Part shown: positions 8,993 through 19,100 of the stretch, piece by piece
How positions within the stretch are numbered: position 1 is the first letter of the stretch
Layout: every line of letters starts with the position of its first letter
Source of the DNA: a virus
Taxonomy: Duplodnaviria; Caudoviricetes
DNA: 64,000 nt
IMG/VR virus record: IMGVR_UViG_3300046715_000123
Span: 432 to 64,431 of that record
Reading direction: 5' to 3' (one strand)
Translations under genes and position numbers: made by a program
The notes under the pieces: model-generated
What the model was told of the DNA's origin: nothing
Databases searched by the model: none
The model's input: the letters and a program-made list of their open reading frames with translations, nothing else

Positions 8993-9028
8993 TCTGACCC
9001 TCCATAAGTCAGGTTATGGAGGGTTAGA
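8993..9028. other. lox/dif-like tyrosine recombinase crossover site
   Basis: TCTGACCCTCCATAA-GTCAGG-TTATGGAGGGTTAGA: 15-bp inverted arms (1 mismatch) around an asymmetric 6-bp spacer. Confidence 0.75.
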
Positions 9029-9051
9029 GTGTTCTCGCAGGAACGACAGAA

Positions 9052-9092
9052 CGCCCCCGCTCCCCTGCCGGTTGGCAGAGAAGCGGGGGCGC
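9052..9092 (-). terminator. Probable terminator at end of late/lysis transcript
   Basis: CGCCCCCGCT...AGCGGGGGCG hairpin. Confidence 0.5.
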
Positions 9093-9098
9093 GGTGGT

Positions 9099-9269
9099 TC
9101 ACGCGGGTTCGTCGTAGGGCAGCGGCGGGTCGTACACCGGCTCCTGGAATGGGGCGATGGACGGCGCCGGGATCGGCTGCGGGTCGAGGCGGCCCATCTG
9201 CTCGAGCGAGCGGGCGTCGGCCGCGGAGTCGTCACGGCGCGGCATGCGCGCGGCAGGGGGTTGAGGCAT
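9099..9269 (-). CDS. 56-aa Pro-rich hypothetical protein (below cutoff)
   Basis: MPQPPAARMPRRDDSAADARSLEQMGRLDPQP...; AGGAG RBS. Confidence 0.55.
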   Translation of the reverse strand: MPQPPAARMPRRDDSAADARSLEQMGRLDPQPIPAPSIAPFQEPVYDPPLPYDEPA

Positions 9270-9367
9270 ATGGAACTCCTAATTCACGTCGCCCAAATCA
9301 CAGATCAATAAGGCGAGTTGAGTACCTGGCGGGCCGTTAAGTCCTTGCGGTCCAGATAAAATGAAGC

Positions 9368-9817
9368 ATGGGAAACCTCACCGCCTCAGAGAGGCAGCGA
9401 TTCATGTCGCGCGTGCGCCGTGAAAACGACTGCCTCGTATGGACCGCACCCCTCGACAAAGACGGCTACGGGTCCTTCTACCTCCGCCGCAGGAACCGCC
9501 GCGCACATCGCGTCGCCTGGTACGACATGCACGGCGAGATACCCGACGGCATGGTCATCAACCACATCTGTCGCAACCGGGCGTGCGTCAACACCCAGCA
9601 CCTTCAGGTGGTCACCATCAGGGAGAACGTCCTCAAGGACTCCACCACCATCTCGGCGATCAACGCCCGCAAGACGCACTGCAGAAAAGGGCACCCCTTC
9701 GACCGCGTGTACAAGAGCTCGAAGGGCGGGAAACAGCGTAGCTGCAGCATCTGCGATGCGGCGAAGCACCGGCGACTGCAAGCGAAATGGCGCGCCGAAG
9801 ACAAACTGAAGGTCTAA
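9368..9817 (+). CDS. HNH endonuclease (homing type)
   Basis: CLVWT...GYG...AHRVAW...HICRNRACVNTQHL...EN; THCRKGH; opposite strand to lysis genes. Confidence 0.88.
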   Translation: MGNLTASERQRFMSRVRRENDCLVWTAPLDKDGYGSFYLRRRNRRAHRVAWYDMHGEIPDGMVINHICRNRACVNTQHLQVVTIRENVLKDSTTISAINARKTHCRKGHPFDRVYKSSKGGKQRSCSICDAAKHRRLQAKWRAEDKLKV

Positions 9818-10452
9818 GAGACCCGTCGCCTATTCGGCTCGACGCCCATACCGAGCAGCCCGCCAACACCGCCGTTTCCGTCGCCGGGGTTCTGCTCGTT
9901 GGACGTACAGGAGTACCGCGGATTCGACTCATCGAAATCCGACACGGGACTGCACGTGTACTCGACGCCGCTGTACGTGAACGTCCAGCCGGCGGGCGGC
10001 TTCCCGTCCGTCCCGTCGGCTCCGTCCCGGCCATCCCTGCCGGGCGCTCCGGAAGGACCAGGCACGGTGGAGTCAGCTCCTGGCGGCCCCGCGGGACCGG
10101 GAACCGTCGAGTCGGAGCCCGACCGGCCCGGCTGACCCGGCTGACCCGGTTCACCCGACGCTCCTGGTGACGGCGTGATGGTGGGCGCCGGTTTTCCGGG
10201 GTCGCCCTTGTCGCCCTTCGGTCCGACGACGCTCTTGCCCGGCTCGCCGCGACTGCCGGGCGGTCCGGCGATCGGCTTCGCGCCCAGCTGCTGCACCTGG
10301 CGGGCGAGCGCATCGCGGGCCTGGTTCGCTGTGTGCAGGTCGGAGGACAGGCTCTGCAAAGTGATGACGATCCACACGACGCCGGCCAGCCCCACGGTGA
10401 CGGCCACGAGGAACAGGATGTCGCTGCTTCGGCGGCTGGTAACGCGACTCAC
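9814..10452 (-). CDS. Membrane-anchored collagen-like protein in lysis cassette
   Basis: N-terminal TM, coiled coil, Gly-X-Y repeats. Confidence 0.8.
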   Translation of the reverse strand: MSRVTSRRSSDILFLVAVTVGLAGVVWIVITLQSLSSDLHTANQARDALARQVQQLGAKPIAGPPGSRGEPGKSVVGPKGDKGDPGKPAPTITPSPGASGEPGQPGQPGRSGSDSTVPGPAGPPGADSTVPGPSGAPGRDGRDGADGTDGKPPAGWTFTYSGVEYTCSPVSDFDESNPRYSCTSNEQNPGDGNGGVGGLLGMGVEPNRRRVS

Positions 10453-10742
10453 ACCTTCACCCCCTGCGACGCCAGGTAGATCATGACGGCGAGCATGATG
10501 GCCGGTGCGATGAGTGCGGTGAAGATGAGGCGCCGGTCGGCTGCGTGGCGGTCGGCTTCCTTCTCTCGATCGTCCTCGATCTCTTGGATGTCTCGTTGCA
10601 TGGTTTCCATGGCGCGGTCGCGGGCGGTCTCTCGTGCGTCGTATACGTCCCGGCGCACGAGTTGGTCGAGGCGCAGGGAGAGGTCGGCGCGCACGTCGGT
10701 GATGAGCCGCCAGAGCTCAGAGTTCGACGGCTCATCGGCCAC
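10449..10742 (-). CDS. Lysis-cassette membrane protein (coiled coil plus C-terminal TM)
   Basis: C-terminal LIFTALIAPAIMLAVMIYL; position after holin. Confidence 0.75.
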   Translation of the reverse strand: MADEPSNSELWRLITDVRADLSLRLDQLVRRDVYDARETARDRAMETMQRDIQEIEDDREKEADRHAADRRLIFTALIAPAIMLAVMIYLASQGVKV

Positions 10743-10755
10743 GGTGGTGCTCCGA

Positions 10756-10956
10756 TCAGTCCTGTGCGTTGCTCACGGTGCTGCTGGCCTGCCGGTTGGG
10801 GACGGCCCAGGTCACGCCGTAGGCGCCGAGGACGGCGAGGGCGATGGTGATGCCCTCGGCGGCCGTCACGTGACCGTCCTGCACCGCCGTGACGGCAGCC
10901 GCGGCACCGGCGGCGAGCCCGCCGGCGATGGCCTTCAGCGTCTTCGAGATCTTCAT
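10756..10956 (-). CDS. Holin
   Basis: 66 aa, two hydrophobic segments, GVTWAVPN; directly after endolysin. Confidence 0.78.
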   Translation of the reverse strand: MKISKTLKAIAGGLAAGAAAAVTAVQDGHVTAAEGITIALAVLGAYGVTWAVPNRQASSTVSNAQD

Positions 10957-10959
10957 GGG

Positions 10960-11787
10960 TCAGGCTCCCTTGGTCTGCAGAGCGGCGAGCAGGGCGTCGA
11001 GCTTCGCTTCGGTCCTGCGCGCGACGGTCTCGAGGTTGCGCACGGACGTCTCGAGCGAGATGAACTTGTTCGTCTCGGCGGTCGCCGGGTTGGGGTTGTC
11101 GATGACCCCGTCGATGGTGAGGACCGTGGTGGCGATCTTCCGGGCGTCGGCGTCGCTGATGGTGGCCACGCTGCTCGTCTCCTTCACGGGGGTTGTGGTG
11201 GTGGGGGTCTGCGCGGCCTGAAGCAGGCGGGCGATGGGGAAGTTGCCGGGGTCGCCGTGGTCGTTCTCCGGGACGTGCTGATGCCCGCAGAGCCCGCTGA
11301 AGCCCTCCCACTCCGAGGCGGTCATCCGCTGGCCGCCCGCGCTGCCGTAGCTCGACGGGTAGGCGAGCCACTTCCGGGCCGTGGACTTCAGCGGGATCGG
11401 GTACGTCGCCGCCAGCCACGTGACGAGCTTCGCCAGCCCGGCGAGTTGGGCGTCCGTCGCCGTCGGCCAGAAGACGCCGGGGCCGCCCTTCGCGCAGGTG
11501 CCGACCAGTTCGATCTGGACGACGTTCAGCGTGTTCGTCTCCACCCCACCCGGCTTGTTGACGAGGGCGCGGGCGGACATGTTCGCGGGGAAGTGCTGCC
11601 GGACGCGGCCGTCCGGTTGCACGGTGAACGTCGGCGCCTGGCTGCCGCCGCCATAGGACGGCCAGGACGAACCCTCAGTGGTGTGCAGCACGATGACGTT
11701 CGGGTGGGGCATCGTGTCGCCCTGGTAGGCGGACGCGAACCACTGGCTCTTCGTGTCGGCGCCCGGATAGATGTGCGGTGTGGCCAT
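10960..11787 (-). CDS. Endolysin, N-acetylmuramoyl-L-alanine amidase
   Basis: IVLHTTEG, QIELVG, GHQHVPENDHGDPG Amidase_2 motifs. Confidence 0.9.
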   Translation of the reverse strand: MATPHIYPGADTKSQWFASAYQGDTMPHPNVIVLHTTEGSSWPSYGGGSQAPTFTVQPDGRVRQHFPANMSARALVNKPGGVETNTLNVVQIELVGTCAKGGPGVFWPTATDAQLAGLAKLVTWLAATYPIPLKSTARKWLAYPSSYGSAGGQRMTASEWEGFSGLCGHQHVPENDHGDPGNFPIARLLQAAQTPTTTTPVKETSSVATISDADARKIATTVLTIDGVIDNPNPATAETNKFISLETSVRNLETVARRTEAKLDALLAALQTKGA

Positions 11788-11848
11788 GCGTGCTCCAGAC
11801 ATGACGAAACCCCGGGCCAGGACGGCGCGGGGCTGAGGAAAGATGAGG

Positions 11849-12493
11849 TCAGGGTGCGGGTTCGACGATGATCGCACCGGAGGTGGTGTCGGCGGTTGAG
11901 GCCGATCCGGAGGAGATGTTCCACTGCGGGACGATCGTGATCGTCTCTCCCGGCGTCAGCCCGGTGAGCAGGGTCCGCTTCGAGCCGACGACTCGTTTGG
12001 CCTGCGCGGACAGGCCGGTGCGCTGGAGATCCTGGAACGCGTAGCCGAGATTTCCGCTGGCCCGCCACGCAGCCCAGATCGTGCTGGTGTCCGTGTTCAG
12101 GTTCGCGATCGACGCGCTCACGGTGATGTAGGCGCGGCCCGACGGCGGGACGACGAACTGGGGCCGCGGCCAGGCAGCCGACGAGTAGTCGACGGTGACC
12201 TGGATCTGGTTGTACGGGGCGTCCGACACCTGGAACGTCTGCACTGGGATCGGAGGCCAGGCGAGCCACGCGCCGTTGTGGCGGATCTCCAGGCGGCCCT
12301 CAGCTGTCAGCCACGTCATCATGCCCTCAACGGGCGTAGCGATAGCCGCGTTGCGGGCCGTGGTCGATGCGAACCGGAGGATGCTTCGGGGGATGACGCC
12401 GTCGGCGAGGGCTTTGATCGCGGCCGGGATCGATGGGGCGTCGGTCAGCTGCCACAGGCTGATGTTCTGGCCGTAGCCGTCGGGAGTCGGCAT
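11849..12493 (-). CDS. Minor tail protein
   Basis: ILRFASTTARNAAIATPVEGM motif; end of tail module. Confidence 0.7.
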   Translation of the reverse strand: MPTPDGYGQNISLWQLTDAPSIPAAIKALADGVIPRSILRFASTTARNAAIATPVEGMMTWLTAEGRLEIRHNGAWLAWPPIPVQTFQVSDAPYNQIQVTVDYSSAAWPRPQFVVPPSGRAYITVSASIANLNTDTSTIWAAWRASGNLGYAFQDLQRTGLSAQAKRVVGSKRTLLTGLTPGETITIVPQWNISSGSASTADTTSGAIIVEPAP

Positions 12494-12503
12494 GCGTGGT
12501 TCC

Positions 12504-12779
12504 TTAGCTGGTGGCGAGCGGGCCGATGGCGAGCCAGTTGCCGCTGCTCGATTGACTGATGACGATGACGTCGCCCACCGCGGGGGCCGTGTAGGACTTG
12601 AGGCGGCGGATGGCGGGGATGCCGTCGGCGTCGACGGTTCCGCCCGCGTTGACAGTGGTGACGACGGCGAGCCGCCAGTCCGCACCGTGCACGGACGGCG
12701 CCTGCTCCCCGGCCCGTTTCGCCTGCTGTTTGAGAGCCCAGGCGAGGTCCCGGTGGACGGCATGCGCGCTCTTACTCAC
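12504..12779 (-). CDS. Minor tail protein (OB-fold-like)
   Basis: RRLKSYTAPAVGDVIVI; synteny. Confidence 0.65.
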   Translation of the reverse strand: MSKSAHAVHRDLAWALKQQAKRAGEQAPSVHGADWRLAVVTTVNAGGTVDADGIPAIRRLKSYTAPAVGDVIVISQSSSGNWLAIGPLATS

Positions 12780-13867
12780 GCGTCCTCCTTGGCGCTGATC
12801 GTGCTGATCGGGAAGTCGCCGCCGATATCCAGGGGCACACTGAAGCTGGCGACCTGGTGGAGTTCGCGGGTGCCGTCCTCGTGGCGCAGCCGCACCACGT
12901 CCCCCGGCTCCAGTGCAGGGTTCGGCAGCGACGAGATGTCGCCGGAAGCGTTGGGGGCTTTCGCCTGCGCGAGTTTCAGCGTGGCCGCCTGCTGGCACGC
13001 TGGCGTCGTCGTCAGTGTCGACGAGCTGTAAAACGTGGGCCGACGCCCATACGGCCCGCCCCAGTACGTCGGGCTGTTGGGGTCGTTGTCGGTGGCCAGG
13101 TAGCGCACCGGCGGCACGTTGTCGGACGTGTTCTCGCCGCTGGCCAGCACGCCATTGTTGACGCCAGCGCTGGACATGGCGCGGTTGGCGGAGATGTAGA
13201 CGCCGCCATCGACTGCCTCGATGTCCCATACCGGTGTCGCCGTCGACAGGTCGGGCAGGACGCTGATGACGAACACCCCGTCGGCGTTCGGGTACACCTC
13301 GGCACCGGCGGCGGCGGCGATCTCCTGGCAGCCGGCCCACGGATCCGCCTCGATGTCGAACGTCCGCTTGCCGATGGCCTGGTCGGTGATGGCGCTGGTG
13401 ACGGCTGCGCCCGGAATGGAGCGCTGGATGAGCGCGGTGACCGCGGAGACGACAGTTCCGGACGCGGTGTAGGGGGCGGTGAACTTGTCGTCGGCGATGA
13501 TCGCCGCCAGGTCTTTGCCCTGCAGATTGACGGGGCCTTCGTTGACGTCGCCGTCGACGGAGTCCAGGCGGAACACGCCGAGGGGTACCAACTCGCTGCT
13601 GCCGTCGCCGTAGTCGACGCCGCGGGAGATCCGCAGCTGCGCCCCATAGGTTGCCAACTGGTCGGCCGGGGTGCGCGGGATCAGGCTGGGGTCGGCGACG
13701 GTGACAGTGCAGGTGCGGCGGATCGCCTGGCCGCGGTCGACCGTGACCGAGCCGCCCGTGTGCGGCACATCGACGACCCGGCCGTCGGTGAGGAACAACT
13801 GCACCTGCGTGACCGGGGTGTGGCTGTCGGCGAGGCGCTTCAGGAACCGGTCAGAGACGGGGTACAT
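12776..13867 (-). CDS. Tail hub/baseplate protein (DUF5047-like)
   Basis: MYPVSDRFL...GGSVTVDRGQAIRRTC...PNPALEPGDVV. Confidence 0.75.
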   Translation of the reverse strand: MYPVSDRFLKRLADSHTPVTQVQLFLTDGRVVDVPHTGGSVTVDRGQAIRRTCTVTVADPSLIPRTPADQLATYGAQLRISRGVDYGDGSSELVPLGVFRLDSVDGDVNEGPVNLQGKDLAAIIADDKFTAPYTASGTVVSAVTALIQRSIPGAAVTSAITDQAIGKRTFDIEADPWAGCQEIAAAAGAEVYPNADGVFVISVLPDLSTATPVWDIEAVDGGVYISANRAMSSAGVNNGVLASGENTSDNVPPVRYLATDNDPNSPTYWGGPYGRRPTFYSSSTLTTTPACQQAATLKLAQAKAPNASGDISSLPNPALEPGDVVRLRHEDGTRELHQVASFSVPLDIGGDFPISTISAKEDA

Positions 13868-13869
13868 GG

Positions 13870-16104
13870 TCACCCCGTCCGGCGGTCGAGCAGTAGATCC
13901 TCGCAGGTGGCATACACGGGAAGCAGGTCGGCGCAGGTCGCGAACTCGGTCACCACGTCCTGCCACGTCCTGCCTGCGGCCCCGTTGACGCCTGCGGTCA
14001 TCGGCATGTCCGACTCGGTCAGCGGCAGCGTCCACGCCCGCCACGGTTCCATGGCCGTACCGCCCACCCTGCCCTCGGTGATCTGGGCGACGGTGACGTA
14101 CATGTCGTCGACGCCCATGCCAGGTGCGGCCTGCCACAGCAGTGTGTTGCCGGAGTCGAGGAGCAGGTGCAGGGCCCGGCGTTCTTCGTCGGAGCGGGTC
14201 CAGATCTGCAGGTCGCCCTCGAGGCCCTGGCGCACCCCCGACAGGACCACCTTGTTGCGGCGCCCGCGGACCACGAACGAGCTCTGTTCGACGGGCCGCT
14301 GCCAGTCCGGGGCCTTCGCCACCACCACCCGCAGGTTGCGCTGCGGGTTCGACGGGTCCTTCAGCCAGCACTCGTTGGCGTCGGCCAGGGTGAGCGTGAC
14401 CGCGTCCGAGGAGCGGGTAGACGCGATCCCGCCGGACGAGTTGTAGATCTCGACCTGGTAGGCGATCGGCACGTTGAGCGGCGCCTCATGATCCTCGACG
14501 ACCAGCAGATCGGAGGTGACCGCCTGATGGTCGATGAGGCCTGCCGACCCGCGCACGAGCATGCGGGCACCGTCCTGCCCGATCCGGTACACCGACAACG
14601 TGAACCCGCCGGTCGGCAACTCCCGCAACGTCAAGGTGACATAGCCGTCGTCGGAGTGGACCTCGATCGCGGTCAGCGGCAGAACCTGCCACAACGCCAC
14701 CTGGTCGATGTGCAGCACGCTGGTCGCCGCCGACGCCGCCAGCACAAATTCGACCGCGGCCTGCGTAGCCCCTGCGGGGGCTATCGCGTCCGCCGGCAGG
14801 GCATACCAGGCGCCGCCGCCTGGAAGGATATATTCGTGCCCGGCCGAGGTGCCGAGGTCGGTGTTCGTAGCGTCGTACCAGCGGATGAAGACGTTGCCGG
14901 TCGCCCATGTTCCGGCTGCGACGTGGGCGATGGGCTGTGCCCGGAAGTTCTGCCCCTCGATGACACCGGGGAACTTCGGTGAGCGGATTGTGCTGGTGGT
15001 CGCCGTCGACGACGTCACCGCGAGCGCGTAGGCGCCTTCGAAGAAGCTGGCACCCCATGGTGTGGTGCGGGCCAGTGTCGCCACGCCGGCGGTCGTCGTC
15101 CAGCCTCCCGTTCCCATCTCGAAGCCTGCCGCGTCGTAGGTGAGGATCGACCCGGCCGCGAACTTCGGCGCCACCGTGACGACAACCGTCTCCAGTCGCA
15201 GTACCTGCCCAGCACTCGCCCCGTCCAGGCCGGCCGCCACGCTGCACGTGGCGGCATTCGCCGGGGCTACGGCGGATGCCCACTGCCGGTACATGCCCGT
15301 CCCCGGCGGCGCCAGCATCGACCTCGCGGCCGATATCTGGTTGCCGTTGCTGTCGTAGAACCGCAGCTCAATCCACGCCGACGCCGACAGGACCGGGGGT
15401 TGCAGGTAGGCGTAGGCGATGTAGTCGACCCCCGGGGTGACCGTCGGCCGGTCCACCGCCAGCACGCTCGCGTTACCTGCGGCGACCGCCGTCATCGCCA
15501 GCGTGTGCCCGCCCGCCAGGTAGTTGTTGACGTCCCAGTTCAGCACCGGCACCTGCCGGGACACCGTCGCGTTCACGACCGGTACCCAGCCGGAAGCGTC
15601 GACCTCAGACGATTCCGTGTTGAACGGCAGCAGGTTGCCCTGAGTGCGGATCGGCAGGCCGAGGTAGACGTTCTCCCAGAAGTGGGAGACGTTCGCGCCG
15701 GTCTCCGTCGACGAGAGCAGCACCCGTGCCTGTGCTGCGATCGGCGGCGCCTGACCGGCCACGCTCACCCGGTGCCAGCCCGACGACGACCCAGACGTGG
15801 TGACCGACCAGGTCGTGTTGAGTTCAACCCCCAGGTTCGTCAGCCACTGGATGCCGATCCGCTCCGGCACCGGCCCAGCCGTGTCCGAGAACGCGTAGTA
15901 GGTGGCGCCAGGGGTGATGGGGTAGGAGGAGACGGTGCGGGCCTGCATCTCGCCCGCAGCCACCGACCGCACCGACAGGCATCCGTTGCCGTTCCGGCCA
16001 CCCGTGCCCTGCGTGATCGTGCAGTTCACCTTCGACGTCCAGCCCGACGTGTTCGGGTCGATGGACTCCGTCGTTGAGCTGAGGAGATTCCCGGGAATCG
16101 ACAA
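13870..16104 (-). CDS. Distal tail protein with tandem carbohydrate-binding-like domains
   Basis: Three ~150-aa beta-rich repeats plus C-terminal Dit-like domain; follows tape measure. Confidence 0.7.
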   Translation of the reverse strand: MSIPGNLLSSTTESIDPNTSGWTSKVNCTITQGTGGRNGNGCLSVRSVAAGEMQARTVSSYPITPGATYYAFSDTAGPVPERIGIQWLTNLGVELNTTWSVTTSGSSSGWHRVSVAGQAPPIAAQARVLLSSTETGANVSHFWENVYLGLPIRTQGNLLPFNTESSEVDASGWVPVVNATVSRQVPVLNWDVNNYLAGGHTLAMTAVAAGNASVLAVDRPTVTPGVDYIAYAYLQPPVLSASAWIELRFYDSNGNQISAARSMLAPPGTGMYRQWASAVAPANAATCSVAAGLDGASAGQVLRLETVVVTVAPKFAAGSILTYDAAGFEMGTGGWTTTAGVATLARTTPWGASFFEGAYALAVTSSTATTSTIRSPKFPGVIEGQNFRAQPIAHVAAGTWATGNVFIRWYDATNTDLGTSAGHEYILPGGGAWYALPADAIAPAGATQAAVEFVLAASAATSVLHIDQVALWQVLPLTAIEVHSDDGYVTLTLRELPTGGFTLSVYRIGQDGARMLVRGSAGLIDHQAVTSDLLVVEDHEAPLNVPIAYQVEIYNSSGGIASTRSSDAVTLTLADANECWLKDPSNPQRNLRVVVAKAPDWQRPVEQSSFVVRGRRNKVVLSGVRQGLEGDLQIWTRSDEERRALHLLLDSGNTLLWQAAPGMGVDDMYVTVAQITEGRVGGTAMEPWRAWTLPLTESDMPMTAGVNGAAGRTWQDVVTEFATCADLLPVYATCEDLLLDRRTG

Positions 16105-16115
16105 GACAACCCCCT

Positions 16116-19100
16116 CTAGCCCGCGTTGAGTACGGAGATCAGTTCCTGCTGGCCTGCCTGCATGACCGCCGTCGCCTCGCCCCGCACCCGACCCAGGAAC
16201 TCCCCGGAGTCGAGCCGCAGGTCACCCTCGAAGGACATCGGCCCCGACTGCCCGCGCCCGGCCAGTGTGGTGAGCGCGTTGGCCTGCGAGGTGGTGAACA
16301 CCGGCTCCGGCCGCCCGGTGCCGTTGTAGGCGAGGTTGAGGCCGGGCTGCAGGTAGCCACCCGAGTCGTACTTGCCGGGTTCGAACCCGTACCAGGAGCG
16401 GAACAGCTTGTCGTTGTAGCCGCGGGCCCGGCTTCCGACGATGACGCCGTCCCCGCCACGGGACTCGACTTTCGTCTTGCCCAACGTGCCAGCGGTGTGG
16501 CCGACACCGGCGTTCGTGATGCCGATGCGGAACGGCGAGTTGCCGTGGTAGACCCAGCCAGGCGGGGCGGTCTTCCCGGAGAAGGCCCCGGTCGCCCAGC
16601 GCCGGTGCGGCTTCTGGCCCCGGATCACCGACTCGATCGCGGACATGAAACCGGAGCAGTCCCAGCTGGGGTTGCCGTTGCCGCCCCACTGGTAGGGCTT
16701 GCCGTTCTGGGTCTTGGCCCACTTCAGTGCGGCCTGGATCTTCGGGCCGCCAATGCCGCCGGCGCCCTTCTTGTCGGCGTCCTTTGAGTAGCCGAACAGG
16801 GCGTCGAGGATCTTTGTGGGGATGTGTCGGACCAGGCTCCCGAAGCCTGTGTCCATGCCGGGGAAGTTCTTCAGGATCGGGTCGACGACGTACTTCACAC
16901 CCGCACGGGCCGAGGCCTCGAGGGTGTCTGTCAGCCAACTGGCGGACTTCTTGATGCCGTTCCACGCGGCGGAGCCGACACCGGCCAGCTTGTTCGCCGC
17001 ACCCCCGATCCACCCGAAGATGCCGCCGTCCTTGTACCGCAGCGTGTGATCGGTCGGTGTCATCGGGTTCCCGCCGAAGACGGGAGCGAGCGCGGCCTTG
17101 ACGCCGTTCGCGCCACGGGAGCGGGCGAGCGCGTTCATCGAGCCCACGAACCCGGAGCCGACCGCGCGGGTGAACTCGGGCCGCATGATGGCCTCGCCGC
17201 CCGACAGCTCGAGGGCTCCACCCGTGGGCGAGATGAACTTGTGGACGTCCCGGCCCGGGGTGTAGCCGGGCATGATGCCGCCGGACGCGAACGTGAACTT
17301 GGACAGCTTCGGTGCACCGAACGCGCCAGCAACCTTGTTCCAGACGCCGACGATGCCGTTGTTGTAGACGGTATCGACGATGAACTGGACCGGCTTCCTC
17401 GCAACGTTCTTGATCTTGTCCCACTGGGTTTTGATCGCCCCGACCGCGTCGGAGAACACTCCGCCCAAGCCCTTGATGATGCGCTTCCAGCCGTCAAAGA
17501 TCGGCTTGATGCCCACCCGGTACACGGTCCCGATCGCAGAACTGATCTTGTCCCAGGCCGGTTTGATCGCCTTCTCGTACAGCCACTTCGCCCAGCCGCC
17601 GACCGTCTTCAAGCCCTCCCAGAAGAACCGGAATATCGGCTTGAGGACGTTGTTCCACATGAATTTGGCGCCCAGTACGACGCCGTCCCAGGCCGGTTTG
17701 ATCGCGTTCTTCCACAGCCAGGCTGCCAGGGAGCCGATCTTCTGGAACGCAGGCTTGAACGCATTCGTCCACAGCCACATCGCGAACTTGCCGAGCAGCT
17801 TCACCGCGACGATGATCGGCAGGATCACCGCGACGACGATCGCCGTCAACAGGATCCGGGCGGCCAGCGAGATCGCATCCCATGCGGGCTTGATCGCGTT
17901 GTTCCACAGCCACAAAGCCCACCGGCCGACCGTCTGCAGGGCTTGCCAGATGAACGTGAACACGGGCTTGAGAACGTTGTTCCAGACGAACAGGGCAGCC
18001 GTCTTGATGCCGTCCCATGCCGCCTGCACCGCGGTCCGGAACCAGCCGAACTTGTTGTACGCGTAGATGACCAGCGCGATAAGAGCGAGGATCGCCAGGC
18101 CGATTAGTACATACGGGTTTGCTGCCGCAGCCGCGTTAAACGCCCACTGCGCGATCGTCCACAGCTTCGTTGCCACGATGATGCCGTAGATGAGCAGGAT
18201 GAACCACGGCGCCTTGTCCGCGATGATCCCGATCGCCTCAGCCAACCCGCCCAGCAGCTTCAGCAGCGGGCCCGACAGCGGTGACAGTGCCTCGCCGACG
18301 TTCAGCAACCCACGGCCGATCTTGCCGAGGGTGTCCGCGAGGAGCGGCCCCTTGTCGGAGGCGTAGCTCAGGAACCGCTCGAACTCCGGCGACCCCTTCA
18401 GGTTGGCGCCCCAGTTCGCGAACCGTTTCGTGATCCGCTGCAGCCGGGAGCTGATGCCGTCCATGTGCGGCAGGAAGGCGTCGATGATGCCCGCCATCCC
18501 CTTCAGAACGTTACCGAAGGAGATCCCCAGCCCGGTGATCGCAGGCTTCACCGATCCCTGCAGATCCTTCTTGAAGCCCTGCCAGAACGGGGTCTTCACC
18601 GACGCCGACGCGCGGTCCTGCAACCCCTTGATGGCATCCGCGGCACCCTTCACGAACGGGGTGAGCGTCGGCAGCGTGTTTCGAAGCGACACCAGCGCCC
18701 GCGTGAAGATGGGCATCACCGCGGGCTGCAACGACTTCGCCCACGCCGAGAACGCTGTCCGCAGGTTGAGGAACGCGTTGAACGTGTCCCGCGCACTGGG
18801 GGTCAGTTTCGCCAGTTCCGCCTGGTACTTGGCCTGCGCGACCGCAGCCTGATCCATGCCGCTGGCCGCCGACAACGACGCCGACTCGATCTGCCGCTGA
18901 GCGCTGGCCACCGAGTCCGCAGCGTTCTGCTGCGCCACCGCCACATTCGCGGTCGCCTCACTGACCCGCTGCTGAGCCTCAGCAACCTGCCGGGCTGTCT
19001 CAACCTGCGTGCGAGCTGCCTCAGCCTGCGCATCCTTCACGGCCTGCTGCTGGGTGGCGACGTTCTGCTGCGCCTGCATGAGCCGGTCCTGGGCACTCTT

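Noticed and set aside
7533-16104. Tail-fibre invertase/shufflon driven by the second recombinase
   Set aside because: Only one crossover-like site noticed and no inverted alternative tail cassettes.
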